Below, one piece after another: positions 9,573 through 18,042 of a stretch of 40,536 nucleotides of DNA. Under the pieces are notes generated by a model. The model was not told the origin of the DNA. It worked only from the letters and a program-made list of their open reading frames with translations, and ran no database searches. Source of the stretch: an uncultured Lachnospiraceae bacterium. Lineage in GTDB: Bacteria; Bacillota; Clostridia; Lachnospirales; Lachnospiraceae. The position numbers and the translations under genes were made by a program. How positions within the stretch are numbered: position 1 is the first letter of the stretch; each line of letters begins with the position of its first letter. The stretch lies in assembly GCA_944382505.1 (NCBI GenBank), contig CALWNA010000146.1, forward strand, positions 1 to 40,536, read 5' to 3'.

Positions 9573-10397
9573 ATGACGGAAAAGTATTCGGTATTGATGT
9601 CGGTTTATCATAAGGAAAAACCTGAATACTTAAAGGCTGCCATAGACAGTATTTTAAGTCAGTCCGTAAAGACCGACGATTTTGTGCTTGTGTGTGATGG
9701 CCCTTTGAATAAAGGCCTGGATAATGTTATTGCAGATTATGTAAGAACAGCTCCAGGCTTATTCAATGTATATAGGATTGCCCAAAATGTGGGACTGGCA
9801 AAGGCATTAAACAATGGAATATTACAATGCAAAAACGAGCTGATTGCAAGAATGGACAGTGATGATATCAGTGTTCCGGACAGAATGGAAAAACAGATTC
9901 GGGCAATCAGAAAATATAATGCAGATATTGTGGGGGCAAATATAATAGAGTTTACCGGAACCATTGAAAATACAGGAAGCACAAGACAGGTCCCGGAACA
10001 CAATGAGGAGATTGTTCAGTTTGCAAAAAAGAGAAGTCCATTTAATCACCCCACGGTAATGTATAAAAAGTCCGCCGTTGTCAATGCAGGATTTTATGAT
10101 GATTACAGATATTTCGAAGATTATAATCTGTGGGTAACAATGTTGTCCAAAGGATATCGGGGTTACAATATTCAGGAAAATCTGCTCTACATGAGAGCCG
10201 GTGAAGATATGTATAAGAGGCGGGGCGGAGGAAATTATATCAAATGTATTTTTCGATTTAAAAATCATTTGAGAAAAATGGGCTTTATCGGCATGGGAAA
10301 TTTTTTGATTGGAGCATTTGGACATGCCACAGTAAGCCTGATTCCAAACGGTCTGAGAACCGCTCTTTATTCAAAGGTCCTCAGAAAAGAAAAATAA
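9573..10397 (+). CDS. GT2 glycosyltransferase (AmsE/WbbD/WfgD-like)
   Basis: YSVLMSVYHKE, LVCDGPL, ARMDSDD, NHPTVM, EDYNLW, RRGG. Confidence 0.9.
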   Translation: MTEKYSVLMSVYHKEKPEYLKAAIDSILSQSVKTDDFVLVCDGPLNKGLDNVIADYVRTAPGLFNVYRIAQNVGLAKALNNGILQCKNELIARMDSDDISVPDRMEKQIRAIRKYNADIVGANIIEFTGTIENTGSTRQVPEHNEEIVQFAKKRSPFNHPTVMYKKSAVVNAGFYDDYRYFEDYNLWVTMLSKGYRGYNIQENLLYMRAGEDMYKRRGGGNYIKCIFRFKNHLRKMGFIGMGNFLIGAFGHATVSLIPNGLRTALYSKVLRKEK

Positions 10398-10411
10398 GAA
10401 GGATTCCGGCA

Positions 10412-11530
10412 ATGAAAAAAAAGATATTAAAAATACTTTTTAAGCCTTTAACATTCATTAACAGGCTGATAAAAAAAGACGAAAAACTCATATTTTTTTA
10501 TTCAAATTTAGGTTTTCGAGATAATGTAAAAGCACTTTATGATTATTTTATTGAGAACAACTATAACAAAAGGTTTCAGATTGTTGTAAGTGTTAACGAC
10601 TATGAAAAATATGAAGCTTGTGCACCGGAAAATGTTACTTTTATCAGTAACAAAAAGGGCATAGGAGTTTTTATAAAGGCAAAATATGCTTTTTACTGCT
10701 TTGGAAAATATCCGATAAAACCGTCAAAAAAACAGGTGGTAGTTAATTTATGGCACGGGACGCCATTAAAGAAATTGGGGAACATGGAACAGGGTTGTGA
10801 AAAAATTGATTACCATTATTTTACAAAGGTTCTTGCAAGCTCCAAAATGTACAAACCAATTATGGCAGAGATTTTCGGATGCAGCAAGGAAGATGTGGAA
10901 GTGCTGGGGAACCCAAGAAATGACGAAATGTTCCGAAAGGATAAAATAAAGGACGCATCCATCCGAAGAGGATGTAATAAGATGATTTTATGGCTTCCGA
11001 CTTATAGGGAATATAATGATGCATTTATTATCTCATCGCTGAAAATGAAAGATTTGCAGAAGTTAAATGAATATCTCAAAGGAATAAACTGCAGGATGAT
11101 CATAAAGTTTCATCCATTGCAGCATGTTGATACCGGGGATATGAAGTTTTCATATATTGATCTCATTTCTCAGGAGGAACTAAACCGTCAGGAAATGACT
11201 GTATACACGCTGTTGCGAAATGCAGATGGTCTGATTACAGATTATTCGTCGGTGTATTTTGATTATCTGTTGTTGGACAGACCAATTGCCTTTGCTGTGG
11301 AAGACATGGAGCAGTATCGTGATAAGAGAGGATTTATTTTTGAAAATCCGAGAGAGTATATGCCGGGAATGGAAATTAAAAACCGGATGGATGTTGAAAA
11401 ATTTATTTCGGATATATTTAATCACCAGGATGATTATAAAGAAAAACGACAGAAAGTTAACGACATTATGAACTTTTATCAAGATGGAAACAGTGCAAAA
11501 AGAGTGGCAGAGAGATTTATATCGGAATAA
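10412..11530 (+). CDS. Stand-alone CDP-glycerol glycerophosphotransferase (TagB/TarF-like, possible primase)
   Basis: NLWHGTPLKKLG, GNPRND, WLPTYR, KFHP, ITDYSSVYFDY. Confidence 0.9.
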   Translation: MKKKILKILFKPLTFINRLIKKDEKLIFFYSNLGFRDNVKALYDYFIENNYNKRFQIVVSVNDYEKYEACAPENVTFISNKKGIGVFIKAKYAFYCFGKYPIKPSKKQVVVNLWHGTPLKKLGNMEQGCEKIDYHYFTKVLASSKMYKPIMAEIFGCSKEDVEVLGNPRNDEMFRKDKIKDASIRRGCNKMILWLPTYREYNDAFIISSLKMKDLQKLNEYLKGINCRMIIKFHPLQHVDTGDMKFSYIDLISQEELNRQEMTVYTLLRNADGLITDYSSVYFDYLLLDRPIAFAVEDMEQYRDKRGFIFENPREYMPGMEIKNRMDVEKFISDIFNHQDDYKEKRQKVNDIMNFYQDGNSAKRVAERFISE

Positions 11531-11550
11531 ATTTGTGGAGGCAGGAGAGC

Positions 11551-12753
11551 TTGAAATATATAAAAGACGTTTTAAGACAGATAATGCTTATATATAAAAG
11601 ATTGTTATATCTGACGGCAAAGCTGGTGGAAAAGACGAATGATAAAACGGTAATGTTTGAGGCGTTTCAGGGGAGAGCAGTCGCCTGCAGTCCGAAGGCG
11701 CTTTATATGGAGATGCTTAGAAATCCTGAATTTTGTGATTATACAATTATTTGGTCATTGAGAAACACGGACAGAAACGATATCTCACAAAATGAGAGAA
11801 CAAAAATTGTAAAATTTGAGAGTTTTGCCTATTACAAGGCGTTGGTAAGAGCAAAGTATTGGATTTTTAATTCAAATACAAGACCTTTTTTAAAACCGGG
11901 GAAAAAGCAGGTGTTTGTGCAGACATGGCATGGAACGCCTCTGAAAAAAATAGGATGTGATGTGCAACGCTCCGGAAATGCAATGACAAAATTGTCGGAT
12001 ATAGAAAAAATATATACAGGGGAGGCGAAAAAAATAACTTATATGATTTCACCGTCCCAATACTGTACGGAAAGATTTATCTCGGCGTTTCACCTGAAAG
12101 CGGTGCACAAAGAAAACAGAGTTCTGACAGTGGGCTATCCGAGAAATGATTTTTTGTTTCAGGCGACAGAAGTGCAGTGCAGACAAATAAAAGAAAAACT
12201 GAACATTCCCGAAAATAAAAAAGTAATATTATATGCGCCGACTTTCCGGGACAATAAGTATAGCGCAAAAGACGGATTCCGGCTGGAAAGTTATATGGAT
12301 TTTGATATGGCAGAAAAGACCTTGGGAAAGGAATATGTCATATTATTCAGAGCGCATTATTTTATTTCCGGAAGAATGGATTTTAATCAATATAAGGGAT
12401 TTGTAATGGATGTGTCAGATGTGGAAGACATCAATGAGCTTTTCGTCATTAGTGACATGCTGATTACAGATTATTCGTCAGTGTTTTTTGATTATGCAAA
12501 CTTAAAAAGACCGATGATATTTTATATGTACGATTATGAGCAATATAAAAATGAGCTGAGAGACTTTTATATTGATGTAAGGGAACTGCCGGGACCGATC
12601 GTGAGAACCTCGCAGCAGGTAGTGGCAGAAATTCAAAAACTGTCAGATGATTTTACAGCGGATGATAAATACGAGCAATTTTGCAGGAAATATAATTATT
12701 TAGACGGAGCAGATACAAGCAGAAAAGCTCTGGAAAAAATAATGAAAAGATAA
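11551..12753 (+). CDS. Stand-alone TagF-family CDP-glycerol glycerophosphotransferase
   Basis: QTWHGTPLKKIG, GYPRND, YAPTFR, FRAHY, ITDYSSVFFDY. Probable TTG start at 11551 after GGAGG/AGGAG (track start 11533). Confidence 0.92.
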   Translation: MKYIKDVLRQIMLIYKRLLYLTAKLVEKTNDKTVMFEAFQGRAVACSPKALYMEMLRNPEFCDYTIIWSLRNTDRNDISQNERTKIVKFESFAYYKALVRAKYWIFNSNTRPFLKPGKKQVFVQTWHGTPLKKIGCDVQRSGNAMTKLSDIEKIYTGEAKKITYMISPSQYCTERFISAFHLKAVHKENRVLTVGYPRNDFLFQATEVQCRQIKEKLNIPENKKVILYAPTFRDNKYSAKDGFRLESYMDFDMAEKTLGKEYVILFRAHYFISGRMDFNQYKGFVMDVSDVEDINELFVISDMLITDYSSVFFDYANLKRPMIFYMYDYEQYKNELRDFYIDVRELPGPIVRTSQQVVAEIQKLSDDFTADDKYEQFCRKYNYLDGADTSRKALEKIMKR

Positions 12754-12774
12754 GCCGATAAAAGGGGTAAGATA

Positions 12775-14961
12775 ATGGTCAGCATTATAGTTACACATAA
12801 AAAGGGATTATCCTATCTGAGAGACTGCCTGGAAAGCATTTCAGAACAACAGTTTCAGGATTATGAAACGATTCTTGTTATTGACGGAAATGAAGATGAT
12901 GTATCAGATTTGATAAAACGGTATCAGGACAGCATAAATTTAAGCGTTTTTTCTCTTGAAAAAAAACATGGTGTGTCAGCTGCAAGAAATCTGGGACTGG
13001 ATAATGCGAAGGGAGAATATATTTATTTCTTGGATAGTGATGATTATCTCCAAAGAGATACCATTAGAGAACTGGTTTCTGTTATGACAGATAAGGATGA
13101 TTTGTCATACGGAAATATTGGGTATACATGGTTTCAGAAAAAAGCATTTCACCCATCTCAGAAAGGAAAAGATGAGGAGAATGCGTTTCCGGATGAAAGG
13201 GAAGGAACATATCCCCCGGAGGATATCTTCGCCTTTCGATATGAAAAGTATAAGAAGCTCGAGACGATAACCGTGTTAGGGGTGCTGTACAGAAAAAGCT
13301 TTCTTGAACGTCATCAAATAAGATTTGAAGAAGGACAGCTTTATTATGCGGACGCACCGTTCTTTACAAAGGTAATGTATTTTATCAAGGGATATCAGTA
13401 TTCCCCGAAATCATTATATGTAAAACGTTACCACAATGACAAGGAAAAAAATCCTTCTATTAATCAGACGGAGGATGAAGCCAGGGAGACGTATTATCTG
13501 GAAAGTTATCGCTCCTCTTTGAAAAGTGCAGCGGATAATACTCGTCTGAAAGCGCATCTGGAATTAATTTTATGCAAATACTTTGTCCGTTATTATGCAC
13601 CGCGGTTTCACTGGGATAAAAGCCCGAAATGGGAAAAGGAAAATCTTGTTCCTTTCCAGAGAGAAATTGCAAAAATAAATAAAAAGTCCCTGAAATCCAT
13701 GAAACCGCTGCAAAAAATTCTCATCGGAAAAGTCAGAAACAATAATGTCAGGGCAATTAAGAGATGGACAAACATTATGCTCATCAAGAAAAAACTTGTA
13801 AAGATGTTTACGGATAAGGAGCAGTTTTTTAAAGCGGTCAATCTTCACATATTTCAGAAAATGGGAATAAAAGAAAACTGGATTACTTTTGAGAGTTTCG
13901 TGGGTAGAAATTATTCCGGACAGCCCAAATATATATATCAATATCTGCAAAAAGAATACGGAAAGCGATATCGATATATATGGATTGTGGATAAAAGGGG
14001 GATGAAAATCGATGGAAAACATAAGACAGTAAAGCGGTTTGGAATTCAATATTTTTACTATATGAGCCGTTCAAAATACTGGGTAAATAATATGAGACAG
14101 CCAAGCTGGCTCCCAAAGAAAAAGGGGCAGATTATGCTGGAAACATGGCATGGAACGCCGCTTAAAAAACTGGTGTTTGATATGGAGGATGTCCATGCGG
14201 TCAATCCCCACTACAAGGCCATCGTGTACAAACAGTCAAGAGGATGGGATTACCTGCTTTCCGATAATCCTTTTTCCACAGAAAAGTTTCAGAGCTGTTT
14301 CAGGTTTGACAAAGAAAAGATTCTGGAAGTGGGATATCCTGCAAACGATCCGCTGTATGCACCGAATCTGCAGGAACAGGCTTCCGTGATTAAGAAAAAG
14401 CTGAAAATTCCGGCAGACAAAAAAGTGTTATTATATGCACCTACATGGAGAGATGACAATTATTATGATGCGGGAGAGTACAAATTTGAACTGGCACTGG
14501 ACATAGAGCGCCTGAAAAAAGAATTTGCCGATCAATATGTAGTGCTTCTTCGAATGCATTATTGGATTGTGGACCGACTGGATTTATCCGGCTATGAGGG
14601 ATTTATTTACAATGTCAGCGATTATGACGATATCACAGAGTTATACATGATATCTGACATTTGCATGACAGATTATTCCTCCGTATTTTTTGACTTTGCA
14701 AACTTAAAAAGACCAATCCTTTATTACACATACGATTTTGATAAGTACAGGGACGTATTAAGGGGCTTCTATCTGGATATGGAAACAGAACTGCCGGGAC
14801 CGCTGCTTTTTACCAATGATGAAGTCGTGGAGGCACTGAAAAATATTGACGAAATTTCTGAACAATATAAAAACAGATATAATGCGTTTTATGATAAGTT
14901 CTGTTGTATTGATGACGGAAATGCCGCCCGGCGGGTCGTAGAAGCAGTTTTCGGAGAGTAG
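12775..14961 (+). CDS. Bifunctional GT2-like + TagF-family glycerophosphotransferase
   Basis: N-terminal GT-A fold motifs (GVSAARNLG, FLDSDD); C-terminal TWHGTPLKKL, YAPTWR, LRMHY, TDYSSVFFD. Confidence 0.93.
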   Translation: MVSIIVTHKKGLSYLRDCLESISEQQFQDYETILVIDGNEDDVSDLIKRYQDSINLSVFSLEKKHGVSAARNLGLDNAKGEYIYFLDSDDYLQRDTIRELVSVMTDKDDLSYGNIGYTWFQKKAFHPSQKGKDEENAFPDEREGTYPPEDIFAFRYEKYKKLETITVLGVLYRKSFLERHQIRFEEGQLYYADAPFFTKVMYFIKGYQYSPKSLYVKRYHNDKEKNPSINQTEDEARETYYLESYRSSLKSAADNTRLKAHLELILCKYFVRYYAPRFHWDKSPKWEKENLVPFQREIAKINKKSLKSMKPLQKILIGKVRNNNVRAIKRWTNIMLIKKKLVKMFTDKEQFFKAVNLHIFQKMGIKENWITFESFVGRNYSGQPKYIYQYLQKEYGKRYRYIWIVDKRGMKIDGKHKTVKRFGIQYFYYMSRSKYWVNNMRQPSWLPKKKGQIMLETWHGTPLKKLVFDMEDVHAVNPHYKAIVYKQSRGWDYLLSDNPFSTEKFQSCFRFDKEKILEVGYPANDPLYAPNLQEQASVIKKKLKIPADKKVLLYAPTWRDDNYYDAGEYKFELALDIERLKKEFADQYVVLLRMHYWIVDRLDLSGYEGFIYNVSDYDDITELYMISDICMTDYSSVFFDFANLKRPILYYTYDFDKYRDVLRGFYLDMETELPGPLLFTNDEVVEALKNIDEISEQYKNRYNAFYDKFCCIDDGNAARRVVEAVFGE

Positions 14962-14992
14962 TATGCGTTTATAAAAAATGTAGGTGATAGGA

Positions 14993-16117
14993 ATGAAAAA
15001 AGTTTTTACAAAAAGAGATACAAATATTGTAAAAGGAATTGCAATTCTTTTTCTGATGTTTCATCACTGTTTTTTGAGTCCTTCAAGATATAAGGGCTTG
15101 GAAGTGATTTTTGCCCCTTTTACGGAAAACCAGGCAAATTATATAGCATCATTTATGAAAATATGTGTGGGAATGTTTGTTTTTCTCACGGCATATGGAA
15201 TTACCGTGTCTATAAAAAACAAATACAACACATTGGAAATTAGCAATCAAGACTTTGTAAATTACACAATGCACAGATTTATAAATCTGTATTCCGGGTG
15301 GATATTTGTATTTGTTCTATGTGAAATATTTTGTATGATATATTCAGGACTTCCGGGGGAAGTCTATGGTCAGAACTTGCAGGGCGTCATATATTTTATT
15401 TTAGATGGGATGGGGCTTGCGAACCTGTTCGGAACCCCCACACTGGTAAGTACATGGTGGTATATGAGTCTTGCCATAACACTGATAATCTGTCTTCCGG
15501 TATTGATAAAGATTTACAGTAAAATAGGATTTCTTTCCGTGTCAGTTCTTTTTGTGATACTGTGCAGGCAGTTCAATATGACGGATTCTTCACTGATTCA
15601 TTGGATGCCGGCAGTGCTTTTGGGAATTGTATGTGCAGATAAGAATCTTCTTGTCAGAATGAGCAATTTTCAGATAATAAAATCTTCGCCCGTTTTCAAC
15701 AAAATTGTTAAATTGGGAATAGATATTGTAATCATACTTGCGCTGATAAAATTCCGGCAGAGTGGAGTTTCCGCAGTTCTGTTTGAGATAAAAGACGGAT
15801 TCATACCATTTTTCATAATTTATTTCTCATATGAGTTTCTTTGCGGAATAAAATATTTAAACAGCATATTAATGATTATTGGAAAGTATTCTATGAATAT
15901 ATTTCTGATTCATACAATCATCAGGGCTACATATTTCAGAAAATTTATTTACGGTTTTCGATATGCACCGCTCATTGTTTTGGTATTATTGGGAATCAGT
16001 CTGATAATTTCTGTCTGCATTGAGATGTTGAAAAAATATACAGGCTATTATAAACTGACAAGCAAAATAAAGGAACGTGTCATGCAAAAAATAAATTTAA
16101 CAGAAAAAGGGATGTAA
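14993..16117 (+). CDS. Acyltransferase-3 family membrane O-acyltransferase
   Basis: KGIAILFLMFHH, VGMFVFLTAYG, WWYM, GKYSMNIFLIH; many hydrophobic segments. ATG 14993 follows AGGTGA (alternative GTG at 14984). Confidence 0.85.
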   Translation: MKKVFTKRDTNIVKGIAILFLMFHHCFLSPSRYKGLEVIFAPFTENQANYIASFMKICVGMFVFLTAYGITVSIKNKYNTLEISNQDFVNYTMHRFINLYSGWIFVFVLCEIFCMIYSGLPGEVYGQNLQGVIYFILDGMGLANLFGTPTLVSTWWYMSLAITLIICLPVLIKIYSKIGFLSVSVLFVILCRQFNMTDSSLIHWMPAVLLGIVCADKNLLVRMSNFQIIKSSPVFNKIVKLGIDIVIILALIKFRQSGVSAVLFEIKDGFIPFFIIYFSYEFLCGIKYLNSILMIIGKYSMNIFLIHTIIRATYFRKFIYGFRYAPLIVLVLLGISLIISVCIEMLKKYTGYYKLTSKIKERVMQKINLTEKGM

Positions 16118-16132
16118 GAAAGTCTCTCATTT

Positions 16133-16170
16133 ACAGAACCCGCATCAGAATTGACGGATGCGGGTTCTGT
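16133..16170. terminator. Probable bidirectional terminator between convergent operons
   Basis: Perfect 14-bp stem ACAGAACCCGCATC / GATGCGGGTTCTGT with a 10-nt loop. Confidence 0.75.
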
Positions 16171-16234
16171 TATGTCGTTATATATCTTATTTCTTTTCGG
16201 AGCGTTTTCAGCTCTTGTTCCACAATGGCAATCA

Positions 16235-17953
16235 TTATTTTTTTAACAAAGCATTGGCAAACTCTGCCCAATATGGGGAAATTCTGCCGGCAATTTGAAC
16301 TTCATCAAAATGTGTATTTCCCAGGCTGCGGCGGACTTCGCATTTGTAAAATTCTTCATTGTCCGGCGTCACAAAAGGAAGACCGTACCATACAAGAATT
16401 CGAACCGGATATGGAAGGTGATTAAAATAAGACTTTAATTCCGTGTCTTTAAAAGAGGTGACAAGCAGTGTCACATCTGTCGTCTGATAATCGACGGTTT
16501 CCAGCTCTATTTTAAGTTTTTTATAAAAAGCCTCATCTCCATACCGCGTATTCACGCAAATTAATACTTTTCTTTTATGGGTTTGAAAGCCTTGAATCAC
16601 ATAAAAGGAATTGGCAGGTTTCATAAAACTTTCCAGATGATTCTGGTCAATTTCAGAAATATCTGACAGGTCGTCCGCAACGGGAACAGTATTTTTGTTT
16701 TTAAATATGATATCAACAAGGCGTTTACAAGCTTGGCCGTCATCATTATAAGAACACCATTTTGTCATCTCGTTGAGAAGAACCGTATACTTTGCAGTGT
16801 ATGCAGTTTCATCTTTACAGATATCCCTCAGCGCCTCTGTAATTTCATTAATGTCGGAGGACACGATTCCCGGAAGTTTGGATACCGGAATATAAAGTCC
16901 CCGCCCGCTGCTATAATCCTCAAGGTCCGGTACATAAAAGACAATAGGTTTTTTTGTGGCGATAAAATCGAAAAATATACTGGAGTAATCGGAAATCAAA
17001 ACATCCACCACGGATAAAAGTTCGTTGGTGTCAATTGTAAAAGGAATTAAAAGCGGTTCCAATTCCGGGTCCTTTGCCAGTATTTTGTAGAGAAAATAGT
17101 GGACTCTGAGATATATGCGATAATTTTTGGGGTCAATTCCCCGGGTAAATTTTTCCACAATACTTTTCAATTCGGAAACGTCATAGTCCAGTTGATTGTA
17201 AAGGTTTCCCTTCCATGTTGGCGCATAGAGAATTATTTTTTTGTCCGTCGGAATGTTCAAATCATTTAATTTTTTATATACGGAATCCGTATCCGGACAG
17301 ACGATAGCATCACTTCTCGGATAGCCGGTCTCCAGAACGGTTCCCTCAAACAGTCCGTCTGCCTTGTAAGCGCGCCGGTACATCACATCAGTCATAAATC
17401 TGTTGGCAGATACAATATAGTTTGCCATAAGATAATTTCTGGCAGGCCCTCTGGCATTTTCTACACGTTCCACCGTGTGCTCGTATCCCATGGATTTGGT
17501 AGGAACCCCATGCCATGTATTTATGTAAACCTGTTCCGGGCGTTTTTCAAAGTAATATCCGAAAGTAGAATTAGATATGAGATATTTACTTGTTGCCAGA
17601 TATTTATAATACGCAGCGGAATCTTTCTTGACAATTTTTACGTTGTCCAGAGAAGAAAATTCTTTTATATTGTCGTTTGCCAATTGGAGATTGTCGATAG
17701 ACCAGATATGCGTATAATTTTTAAAATCCGAATCCGATAAAAGATATTTAAAAATTGCTCTCGGATTATCCAAAATTCCCAGACCGGCAAAAGCTTCGTA
17801 AAAAATACAGCGGTCGTGGACAGGATGGGAGAGATAATTAAAATATACCCGTTTTCCTTTATCCTTTGCAGGCATATACACCGGCTGAATCAACTTTTTA
17901 ATAAATCTTTTTATTTTGTACTGAAAAGAAACTCTGGTATCTGACTGAAACAT
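16235..17953 (-). CDS. TagF-family glycerophosphotransferase with a truncated GT-B-like C-terminal remnant
   Basis: INTWHGVPTK, GYPRSD, YAPTWKG, LRVHY, ISDYSSIFFDF; the C-terminal ~115 aa align by eye with the start of the GT4 domain of the 18043-20505 neighbour. Confidence 0.88.
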   Translation of the reverse strand: MFQSDTRVSFQYKIKRFIKKLIQPVYMPAKDKGKRVYFNYLSHPVHDRCIFYEAFAGLGILDNPRAIFKYLLSDSDFKNYTHIWSIDNLQLANDNIKEFSSLDNVKIVKKDSAAYYKYLATSKYLISNSTFGYYFEKRPEQVYINTWHGVPTKSMGYEHTVERVENARGPARNYLMANYIVSANRFMTDVMYRRAYKADGLFEGTVLETGYPRSDAIVCPDTDSVYKKLNDLNIPTDKKIILYAPTWKGNLYNQLDYDVSELKSIVEKFTRGIDPKNYRIYLRVHYFLYKILAKDPELEPLLIPFTIDTNELLSVVDVLISDYSSIFFDFIATKKPIVFYVPDLEDYSSGRGLYIPVSKLPGIVSSDINEITEALRDICKDETAYTAKYTVLLNEMTKWCSYNDDGQACKRLVDIIFKNKNTVPVADDLSDISEIDQNHLESFMKPANSFYVIQGFQTHKRKVLICVNTRYGDEAFYKKLKIELETVDYQTTDVTLLVTSFKDTELKSYFNHLPYPVRILVWYGLPFVTPDNEEFYKCEVRRSLGNTHFDEVQIAGRISPYWAEFANALLKK

Positions 17954-18042
17954 ATTTATTCACAACTCCATTCTTTTTTAACCAAATGACAACATAAACA
18001 GTGACGAGAACAAAATTCTCATTTTAGTATATAAGTCTGTAG

